A DNA stretch of 32,955 nucleotides from positions 1 to 32,955 of the forward strand of contig JAJYFH010000001.1 in assembly GCA_021791015.1 (NCBI GenBank), read 5' to 3'. The stretch is from a bacterium (GTDB lineage: Bacteria > Patescibacteriota > CPR2 > UBA1875 > JAJYID01). The translations under genes and the position numbers were made by a program. Below are positions 9,346-16,502 of the stretch, piece after piece. The notes beneath the pieces were generated by a model, which did not search any database, was not told the origin of the DNA, and worked only from the letters and a program-made list of their open reading frames with translations. The stretch's first letter is position 1, and every line of letters begins with the position of its first letter.

Positions 9346-9427
9346 CAAGGGTCAGACCCTTGCAATGTAAATTTGTGCTTAAATTTTCTTTAATTTATTC
9401 ATATTTACAAAGGTCCGACCCTTGTAA
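9346..9427. repeat. Pair of short palindromes CAAGGGTC-N-GACCCTTG
   Basis: 9346-9362 is a perfect inverted repeat; 9405-9427 TTACAAAGGTCCGACCCTTGTAA has one mismatch. Confidence 0.7.
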
Positions 9428-9428
9428 G

Positions 9429-10316
9429 TTACTTTTGATAATAATGCAGGAAGATCTCTTCCAGATCCGGTTCTTCGATGGAAATGTTAGCTAGATCCAG
9501 CTTGGCAATTTCACGCATAATGTCATTTAAATGGCCTCTGAAAAGGAAAGTTACAGAGTTGTCCGTAATCGACAAATCGTCGACTCCCTTGATGGCGAAA
9601 TCTTTCTTGTCCGCCTTCATAGCTGTCTCAATCCTGAATCTTTTGGTTTGATTCTCCAGCAAGTCGCTGATTTTCTCGGTCTTTATAATCTTGCCTTCCT
9701 TGATAATGGCAACCTTATCGCACATTTTCTGAACTTCGCTCAAGATGTGAGACGAGAAAAGTATAGTAGCGCCTTTTTCATTTTCTTCCTTTAGCAAATT
9801 GAAGAACTTCTGCTGGATGAGAGGATCAAGTCCGCCGGTCGGCTCGTCTAAAATAATGAGTTTCGGCTGGTGCAAGAGTCCCTGGACTATGCCAACCTTC
9901 TTTTTATTGCCATACGAAAGATCGTCGATTTTTTTGCTTAAGTCAAGATCAAGAATTCCGGATAGCTCCTGGATTCTTTTCTCGGTGAACTTCTTGTCCT
10001 TTTGATAAAAACTGGCCGAGTATTTCAAAAGGTCGATGGCTTTCATGCCGTCGTAGTAAAAGACTTCAGACGGCAGATAGCCGATTTCCTGCTTGATTTG
10101 GGGGCCATATTTTGTAATATCTTTGCCAAATATCGTGGCGCTGCCGCCGGTCGGCTTCATTAAGCCCAAAAGCGTACGAATAGTAGTGGACTTGCCGGCG
10201 CCATTCGGCCCGATAAAGCCGTAAATCTCGCCTTCTTCGACTGTCATATCGACGTCAATGATACCCCGCGCCTTGCCGTAGTATTTGGTTAATTTCTTCG
10301 TCTCGATTATATTCAT
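9429..10316 (-). CDS. ABC transporter ATP-binding protein
   Basis: GPNGAGKST, LSYGNKKK, ILDEPT, SSH, EPDLEEIF; start at MNIIETK, preceded by a GGGGGTG RBS. Confidence 0.95.
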   Translation of the reverse strand: MNIIETKKLTKYYGKARGIIDVDMTVEEGEIYGFIGPNGAGKSTTIRTLLGLMKPTGGSATIFGKDITKYGPQIKQEIGYLPSEVFYYDGMKAIDLLKYSASFYQKDKKFTEKRIQELSGILDLDLSKKIDDLSYGNKKKVGIVQGLLHQPKLIILDEPTGGLDPLIQQKFFNLLKEENEKGATILFSSHILSEVQKMCDKVAIIKEGKIIKTEKISDLLENQTKRFRIETAMKADKKDFAIKGVDDLSITDNSVTFLFRGHLNDIMREIAKLDLANISIEEPDLEEIFLHYYQK

Positions 10317-10403
10317 TTTCACCCCCGCGTTAGAACTTTGTGTCTTAAGTAATGATAATGCTAACAACAATTTCCCGCAATTAAAAAATTATGGCATAAC
10401 AAG

Positions 10404-10503
10404 GTCATTCTGGCTTGCCTGTCCGCCTTGGGAGGATCCAGAATCATTTTTGCTGGATGCCGGATCAACTGATTATATTTTTAAGGAATAGTCCGGAATG
10501 ACA
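10404..10503. repeat. GTCATT-type palindromic REP-like dimer with inserts in both loops
   Basis: GTCATTCTGGCTTG[CCTGTCCGCCTTGGGAGGA]TCCAGAATC ... CCGGATCAA[CTGATTATATTTTT..TA]GTCCGGAATGACA. Confidence 0.8.
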
Positions 10504-10524
10504 AAATTTTTATAATTTGCATAG

Positions 10525-10552
10525 AAAAATCACCGATTGCTCGGTGATTTTT
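10525..10552. terminator. Rho-independent terminator (bidirectional)
   Basis: AAAAATCACCGA-TTGC-TCGGTGATTTTT, just downstream of the 10571 stop. Confidence 0.8.
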
Positions 10553-10570
10553 ACTGAATTTAAATTTGTT

Positions 10571-11185
10571 TTATTGTCCGCTTTCGCTTCCCGACTGTTC
10601 GGGTTTCTCAGAATTTGTCGGCTGCTCGGGTTGCTCCTTCGGTTCCGATACCTCCGGTTGCTCATTCTGATCTTTCTTCTCACCGTTTATGGCTTCCATG
10701 GCATTCTCGTGGCCTTTGGCACTTTCATCTATTGCCTTTTGGATAGAAGCTTTTGCCTGTTCCGGTACCTGATTTAGAACTTTTTGCATTGTTGCCTCAT
10801 GCCGGGCCGTCGCATCCTGAATCTGCTCCAGTGCATTTGTTTTGCCGGTTGCTTTGGATTGTCCGGCATACTGCGTGGCCTCGTCCATATATTTCTCATA
10901 ATCTTTCTCAGCGACAGCTTCTGCCTTTTGTTCACCTTTTTCCGCCATTTTTTTGGCCTCTGCCAATTTCTCGTTTGCAATGCTTAAAGCCTTTTGTGCC
11001 TTACCATCTTTCGAAAATGTGAAAAACATGCTAATAGAGTCCATCCATTGTTCAAGAAAATAGAACGGGCTGTCCGGCGTAAGGCCGGGATTTGGCAATG
11101 AATTGCTGCTTGTCGCCGCCAGCGCTACACCGGAAGATAGCGATAGAACAATTACGGTCGTTAAGATTATTGATAGTTTTTTCAT
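10571..11185 (-). CDS. Secreted helical protein, DUF5667-like
   Basis: Signal peptide, LPNPGLTPDSPFYFLE motif, ANEKLAEA; AAGGAGG RBS; TTGACA-16-TATAAT promoter at 11235-11208. Confidence 0.75.
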   Translation of the reverse strand: MKKLSIILTTVIVLSLSSGVALAATSSNSLPNPGLTPDSPFYFLEQWMDSISMFFTFSKDGKAQKALSIANEKLAEAKKMAEKGEQKAEAVAEKDYEKYMDEATQYAGQSKATGKTNALEQIQDATARHEATMQKVLNQVPEQAKASIQKAIDESAKGHENAMEAINGEKKDQNEQPEVSEPKEQPEQPTNSEKPEQSGSESGQ

Positions 11186-11275
11186 TTTTCCTCCTTAATT
11201 TATTTGGATTATACCATTTATGTTAGGCTTGTCAAACAAAAAAGAGGTGAATTTTCAACAGTCTTATACAAGAGA

Positions 11276-11303
11276 AAAACCACCAGAAAATCGGTGACTT
11301 TTT
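11276..11303 (-). terminator. Candidate minus-strand terminator immediately outside the left att repeat
   Basis: Minus strand AAAGTCACCG-ATTTTC-TGGTGGTTTT-CTCTT; it needs G-U pairs, which form only on the minus strand. Confidence 0.5.
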
Positions 11304-11305
11304 CA

Positions 11306-11344
11306 TGGGGTCGGATAGTTTGCGATGTCAGAATTGAATTGATT
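11306..11344 (+). repeat. Left att-like direct repeat
   Basis: TGGGGTCGGATAGTTTGCGATGTCAGAA is identical (28 bp) to 18102-18129; 37/39 identity over the extended repeat. Confidence 0.9.
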
Positions 11345-11349
11345 AAATC

Positions 11350-12450
11350 TCAATTCCGATTAGCCAATGCCTTTTCAATCATTGCTTGACGATAATTATC
11401 TTCATAAACAAAACCCTCAAAATCTCTTCCGAAACCATCTTTCTTCTTTTCCCATTTAATATCATCATAAAATAATTTCTCTTTCAGAGCATTATTTGCC
11501 AATCGTTTAATTGTTAAAATGAAAAACAATAGACTTGCATCAAAATAATGTTGCTTATTGCGAAAAAGATATTCCTTAGGCTTGACCTTATCCCCGTGAA
11601 TTATATGATTCCTTAGAGTATAAAATCTGTCCGCCCAGTAGGCTTTGGGTGTTCCTTTTCTTCTTGTTTTACCAGTATAAGCCTCTGACCAAAAAGTTAT
11701 TTGCTTCTCATTAGTTGATGAACATAATTTTTCAATTGATTCTCTAAAATGTTTCCTTTTTTCTTTATTAGGTATTTTTAACAAGACCTCAAAAGCTGAT
11801 GTTTGCAAGGGTATTCTTACGCTTTGACTTAAAGATGGCGTATTATAATAACTTAGATAAAATATCTTTGTCGCTTCTACAATTCTCTTAAATAACATGG
11901 GTTTTTTATTCTTCAATTCCAATAACGCTTTTAATAAATGTCCATCAAATGAAACCCTATCTGGTTTAAGTAGATATGTTGGTGTTTCAAACTTCTTTTT
12001 GCCAATTTGATAACCACCAATTAACATATTTACAATAAAACCATCCTGAAGCCCGAAATAATCATTATCCATTCTGAAATTCTGAATGACTAAATCAAAA
12101 TTCTCAGAGGTATAGGCATAATGACCAGCATTTACATCTTGTCCGAGTTTTGCATTATTTGAAATATGTGAAACAAAAAAAAGATATTTTAATTCTTCTA
12201 CAGTCTCCATTTCTACTTGACTAAATTCACGAAAGTCACACTTGCCGATAGTTACTATTCCAACATCTTCAATTGCTTTCCCACCATGAATATTTGAGCA
12301 AACTAATGCTTGAACTTTTTTATACACCTCATCATCTTTAATATAATCTTTGCCTTTTAACTTGAAATTCCAAATCTTGATATCACCATCGTTAAAGAGA
12401 TACTCTTCTTTCTGTTGCATATTAAGATAAGGGAAATAAACTATCTGCAT
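11350..12450 (-). CDS. HEPN-motif protein (ApeA-like architecture), putative RNase/defence effector
   Basis: C-terminal FYTLRNHIIHG (Rx4H), preceded by a SAFEVLL helix typical of HEPN domains. Confidence 0.65.
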   Translation of the reverse strand: MQIVYFPYLNMQQKEEYLFNDGDIKIWNFKLKGKDYIKDDEVYKKVQALVCSNIHGGKAIEDVGIVTIGKCDFREFSQVEMETVEELKYLFFVSHISNNAKLGQDVNAGHYAYTSENFDLVIQNFRMDNDYFGLQDGFIVNMLIGGYQIGKKKFETPTYLLKPDRVSFDGHLLKALLELKNKKPMLFKRIVEATKIFYLSYYNTPSLSQSVRIPLQTSAFEVLLKIPNKEKRKHFRESIEKLCSSTNEKQITFWSEAYTGKTRRKGTPKAYWADRFYTLRNHIIHGDKVKPKEYLFRNKQHYFDASLLFFILTIKRLANNALKEKLFYDDIKWEKKKDGFGRDFEGFVYEDNYRQAMIEKALANRN

Positions 12451-12526
12451 AGATTCTTTTAAGATTTATTCTTAATGATTAAGCTTTTATTGCTTGGATT
12501 GATTGTCTCCTAGTTGAATAATGGGT

Positions 12527-13513
12527 TTATGTTCTGCCTGCTAAAAAGATAAAAATGAATAATATTACCGTAACTGTTGCGAAGTTGCAATCACTCTCCC
12601 TAATTTCTCCGTGAGCCACTTTGTTTCTCAAATCATATCCAAGGGGGTTAAAGAGAACATAATCCAGAAACCTGCAAAAATCTTCACTCCAAACCTTCAT
12701 CAACTCTTTTCTCTTTAATAAATGCGAATTAAGTGTTTTTAACTGGGTAGAAATGCCACCTTCTTGATTTAACCGAAGCACATCAATCCCTGCTTTTTCT
12801 GAGAATCTTAGGAAAACATTCTCAAATTGAGGTATCAAAATATGGATTGCAGAAATGTAATCTTCTTCGAAATATCTTTTGATTCCTATTTTTACTAAAG
12901 GTAAATTAGGAGCCTCTAGAATGTTTGATTGCTGAAGATATTTCATGAGAGATTTTTCGTTTAAGTTCTTCTTTTGGTCAGTTGTCCTCATAAGCTCTCT
13001 TAAAATATTCAATAAACGAAGCTTTAAATGAACTCCGATACTCAAACCATACATTTGCATTAACCATGTATATTCTCCGTCTTCTCCACCTCTTACAAGA
13101 TTCCCATCCTCATCTGTAGTATTTACAGTTACAAAGCGATATGAAATTGGCATCGTTTCCTGAGCTGATTTCTCAATCTCGGAAAACTTTGGGAAAAATC
13201 TTACTTTTGTAAGCTTGGTCAAGATTGCCTCTAAACTTGGTTCGGATAGGAAATGATTCACTTCCCTTTCCACTTCTTCCTTTGAAATTTCAGTTCTAAA
13301 TTCTGCTGTTTGATACTCATCTGATGATTTTTTGTTTAATTCTTTCACCTTGTGTTTTAATTCTTGTATTTTTTGAGAGTCCTGAAGCTCGCAAGCCTTT
13401 TCAAGCGCAGACTTATATAAGAAAGCAGCCCTCAGAAGTTCCTGTTTTTCCTCCGCCTCTTTTGCCATCTCTAAATCTAAAGATAATTCTTCTTGTTTTT
13501 CCTTCTTTTTCAT
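12527..13513 (-). CDS. DUF4209-like HEPN-motif protein
   Basis: DYISAIHILIPQFE and LFNPLGYDLRNKVAHG (Rx4H); start placed at MKKKEKQ, downstream of TAAAAT. Confidence 0.7.
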   Translation of the reverse strand: MKKKEKQEELSLDLEMAKEAEEKQELLRAAFLYKSALEKACELQDSQKIQELKHKVKELNKKSSDEYQTAEFRTEISKEEVEREVNHFLSEPSLEAILTKLTKVRFFPKFSEIEKSAQETMPISYRFVTVNTTDEDGNLVRGGEDGEYTWLMQMYGLSIGVHLKLRLLNILRELMRTTDQKKNLNEKSLMKYLQQSNILEAPNLPLVKIGIKRYFEEDYISAIHILIPQFENVFLRFSEKAGIDVLRLNQEGGISTQLKTLNSHLLKRKELMKVWSEDFCRFLDYVLFNPLGYDLRNKVAHGEIRESDCNFATVTVILFIFIFLAGRT

Positions 13514-13573
13514 CTGCTTATATTTTAACCTCTTTGTCTCTTCACATAAATACTTGTATGTTATACTTATTAA

Positions 13574-13689
13574 GTCTAGACCAGTAAAGATTGGAATCAT
13601 GTGAGTGATTGCGCCTATTTAGGGCAATCACTCGAAAAGCAGGGCGCAATCTCTGCTGGTCTAGACAACCTAGAGTGGTTGTCCTTTTT
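13574..13689 (+). ncRNA. Candidate structured leader or small RNA with terminator
   Basis: TGnTATACT at 13559-13567; 20-bp stem 13574-13593/13647-13666; inner 10-bp stem 13603-13612/13624-13633; terminator GACAACC-N6-GGTTGTC-CTTTTT. Confidence 0.55.
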
Positions 13690-13713
13690 ATTTATTAATT
13701 TAGGAGAAAAATT

Positions 13714-14175
13714 ATGGATGAAAAAAGAAAACAAGAGATTGAAGACGAAGAAAAACTTAGACAAAAGATAAGAAAAAAGCAAAAGAGCAAAGAACAATTT
13801 GGCTGTCTCGCTGTGTTTATTGTTTTTATAATTATTGGTTTTATCGCAATCAGCATATGGGCAACTAGCAAAACTGCACCGACAGCAGAATTAAAGACCT
13901 TGGATGCAAGTGTCAGGATGGTGTCCGATGTTCCAGGTATAGAAATTACTAATAACGAAAATGTAAGTTGGAACGATTGCAAACTAAGTCTCAATAATGA
14001 CTATGACAGGACTTCCGTCCTTAAGCTTGAACCTCATAGCCCCCTGAATAATCCATATTCTCTTTTTACAAAGGACGACGGTACAAGATTTAACATTCTT
14101 CTCACTAAGCCAAAGAGCGTATTTATCAGTTGCCAAGTGAATGGCATTGAACGAACCAGTTACTATACATTTTAA
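13714..14175 (+). CDS. Hypothetical single-pass membrane protein
   Basis: AGGAG RBS; charged N-terminus, one TM helix, small beta-rich domain with two Cys. Confidence 0.7.
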   Translation: MDEKRKQEIEDEEKLRQKIRKKQKSKEQFGCLAVFIVFIIIGFIAISIWATSKTAPTAELKTLDASVRMVSDVPGIEITNNENVSWNDCKLSLNNDYDRTSVLKLEPHSPLNNPYSLFTKDDGTRFNILLTKPKSVFISCQVNGIERTSYYTF

Positions 14176-14230
14176 GCAACAGCATGATGTTGCTTACTCA
14201 TTCTAATCTTGCTATGGTAGAATACTTAAA

Positions 14231-14878
14231 ATGAGTATGAAAAAAGAGCCAAAAAGTCTATTAGAAAAATCAAGAAGAAAAGTCTCAGAAAACGCACAAC
14301 TATTAGCGTCTAATCCTGAATTTCAGGCAGACATTATCAAGCTAAGAAGAAAGTGGAATCTTCCAGATGGGGGGTTACAGTCAGGAGAAAGAGAAAAATG
14401 GTGGAAAGAAGTCCGAGACCCATCCATCAATGCAATACGCAAAGATATAATTACTCTTATCAAAAAAAATCAATTAAACCCGAAGATAATGAGTGGTCTC
14501 ATTGGTTATCTTTGGAGCAATAAAGAACAAGCGCTCATGATGACTATGCTCAGTCCGGTAGTCAAGAAGACTGTTAATGAAGATGGATTTGAAGAAATAT
14601 CGGTTGTAATTGACGAAAATACAAGCCACGCTGACTATGTCGATGCCTGGAAGAGAGTGCTGGAATTCCGAGATGATTTAGTTTATAAAAAAAGAAAAAA
14701 ACAACAACCTATAAAAAATCTTAAGAGAGACAGGAGAATATTTGAATTATGGGGAGAATCAAAAACCTCGAGACAAATTGCTGATACAATCTATGATGAG
14801 TTTGGAGAAGTAATAGGGTACGAGTATATTCCTATTCTTAAAAAAAGATTCCAAAACAGAACCGACACCAATCACTAG
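14231..14878 (+). CDS. Hypothetical protein, possible C-terminal HTH
   Basis: 215-aa ORF; C-terminal RDRRIFELW...TSRQIADTI; TGnTAGAAT 7 nt upstream of the ATG. Confidence 0.65.
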   Translation: MSMKKEPKSLLEKSRRKVSENAQLLASNPEFQADIIKLRRKWNLPDGGLQSGEREKWWKEVRDPSINAIRKDIITLIKKNQLNPKIMSGLIGYLWSNKEQALMMTMLSPVVKKTVNEDGFEEISVVIDENTSHADYVDAWKRVLEFRDDLVYKKRKKQQPIKNLKRDRRIFELWGESKTSRQIADTIYDEFGEVIGYEYIPILKKRFQNRTDTNH

Positions 14879-14939
14879 CCATTGGTGTTTAGGAGAAAAA
14901 GAGATAATACATTATCCTCGCTTTACGAGGATAATTATT

Positions 14940-15188
14940 ATGAGTCAAGAATTAAACAATCAATTAACCAAGACCAGCGACCTGGGTTTAGCTAGTGTAA
15001 TAAACATTTATAGTCCGCTTGTAAAGTTATCGAGAGCAGATATCAGACGGGTTGAATTTGTATTTCATAAGACACCTGAGATTGAAACTTTAATTCGACA
15101 ATATTGGCAAAGAGCCCTCTCTATTGAACCTCAAGCTTATTTTCAATCAATGAAGACACTAAAGTCTAGAATATACGGAAATGAATAA
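14940..15188 (+). CDS. DUF5659-like small putative DNA-binding protein
   Basis: TSDLGLAS...RVEFVF...YW...EPQAYF..MKTLKSRIY pattern. Confidence 0.65.
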   Translation: MSQELNNQLTKTSDLGLASVINIYSPLVKLSRADIRRVEFVFHKTPEIETLIRQYWQRALSIEPQAYFQSMKTLKSRIYGNE

Positions 15189-15397
15189 TGGAATTAACAG
15201 AGGTACAGGTGAAAAAATTCCAAACTATTTATGAAAATCACTTTGGAATCAAAATAAGCAGTCAAGAAGCTTACAAAAGTGGTATGGCACTCTTAGTCCT
15301 AATGAAAAATATTTACAAACCCATTAGCAAAGGTGAGTTGGAGAAATTAAATGAAAATGAAGATTATAGAAACAGAAACATCACCGGAAACAGCTAA
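15188..15397 (+). CDS. Small hypothetical protein
   Basis: TAATG stop-start coupling to the upstream gene; KFQTIYENHFGIKIS..EA pattern. Confidence 0.6.
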   Translation: MELTEVQVKKFQTIYENHFGIKISSQEAYKSGMALLVLMKNIYKPISKGELEKLNENEDYRNRNITGNS

Positions 15398-15800
15398 AAA
15401 CTATGTTCGTTTAAGAAGAGGTATTATAGACCATTTGACTGAAGAGAAACTCACTTGGGATGAATTCTCGTTACTCGAATACCTTATTATTAGAGCAAAT
15501 CCCAAAAATGGAAAACTTTTTACGAGCTACAACCTACTTTCTAATGAAACACATTGCCGTTATTCAATAAATCGAATTAACAAACTTCTTTTATCCTTAA
15601 AAGAAAAACTATACATTTATTACCCCGAACATAAGGGCAGTGGCAAACCTTTTGAGGTATCTATCGATAAATATCCACTCTCGAACAAACTGTATTTAAA
15701 AATTATCGAGGACAATGAGGCAGAGCTTTTTACAAGAAAGCAGAACTTTGTTAGGGCAAAAAAGTCTTTAGTGAAAGGACTTTCCATTGATAATAGATGA
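15351..15800 (+). CDS. Putative winged-helix protein resembling the N-terminus of phage replication initiators
   Basis: YVRLRR...LLEYLIIRAN...TSYNLLS...INKLLLSLKEKLYI pattern. Confidence 0.45.
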   Translation: MKMKIIETETSPETAKNYVRLRRGIIDHLTEEKLTWDEFSLLEYLIIRANPKNGKLFTSYNLLSNETHCRYSINRINKLLLSLKEKLYIYYPEHKGSGKPFEVSIDKYPLSNKLYLKIIEDNEAELFTRKQNFVRAKKSLVKGLSIDNR

Positions 15801-15839
15801 AGCTTGGCAGAACCCCTAATAATAAGAATAAGAAATATA

Positions 15840-16379
15840 ATGAAAAATAAAACAAGGCAGTTAATGGAAAAATATGATTTTACAGATTGGAAAAATTTAG
15901 AGAAAGAGTTCCTTTTAAATATCGACTATCCTTGTGTCAGAACTTGGTTAAGAGAGGTTAAGCAGTGGAAAGAGGAAAAAATAATATCCGGCAACACTCA
16001 AGGAAAGATACATAGTTGGAGATGGAAAAGGGCTGATTTTCAGCAGAGTTTATCAGAATCGTTATCGGAAAGTATGATAAAAGAGAACGATAAATTAATA
16101 CCTTCATTATACAAAGCAAAATGGCAAATTCTAGACACCATTATCGAAAGTTTGAAGATAAAGGAAAAGATTCTATATGAAGCGAGTGGCAAGGAAGTAA
16201 AAATAACTGAATTATCATTAAACGATATTAAAATTTATTATGAAATAATAAAATCTGAACTCGGTGAACCATTAAGATTAAGCGGAATTCAAAACATTCC
16301 TACATCGGAAGAAAAAATAACAGATATAGAAATAGAGGACATATTAAACAATATTGTGAAAAGAAAAAATAATGTATAA
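15840..16379 (+). CDS. Hypothetical protein (weak resemblance to terminase small subunits)
   Basis: N-terminal DWKNLEKEF, helical core, IKSELGEP; start uncertain (15804/15840/15864). Confidence 0.5.
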   Translation: MKNKTRQLMEKYDFTDWKNLEKEFLLNIDYPCVRTWLREVKQWKEEKIISGNTQGKIHSWRWKRADFQQSLSESLSESMIKENDKLIPSLYKAKWQILDTIIESLKIKEKILYEASGKEVKITELSLNDIKIYYEIIKSELGEPLRLSGIQNIPTSEEKITDIEIEDILNNIVKRKNNV

Positions 16380-16384
16380 TAAAT

Positions 16385-16474
16385 TTGGACACAGCAAAAT
16401 ATGCGGAAAATTTTCATTTAGGGGCAACTCTGACAGTTTTCCGCAAGGATGCTGTGTCCAACAGAGTTGTCCCT
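16385..16474 (+). ncRNA. Candidate structured 5' leader of the recombinase gene
   Basis: TATAAT at 16375-16380; stems 16385-96/16450-61 (12 bp), 16402-10/16437-45 (9 bp) and an alternative 16420-32/16462-74 (13 bp, one G-U). Confidence 0.55.
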
Positions 16475-16502
16475 CTTTGATTAAGAAAAGGAAAAATGAA
16501 AA

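Noticed and set aside
10525..11303. Similar TCGGTGA hairpins on both sides of the DUF5667-like gene, suggesting a third cassette
   Set aside because: No TGGGG core or att arm near 10550, so ordinary terminator similarity is enough to explain it.
11204..11389. 61-aa ORF containing WGRIVCDVR as a recombinase remnant gene
   Set aside because: The similarity is limited to the att repeat; the upstream part is promoter/terminator sequence with no recombinase similarity.
16429..16435. TCTGACA in the recombinase leader loop is complementary to TGTCAGA in the att repeat, suggesting a bridge-RNA-like guide
   Set aside because: A 7-nt match between sequences of these lengths is readily expected by chance, and no RNA-guided mechanism is established for serine recombinases.
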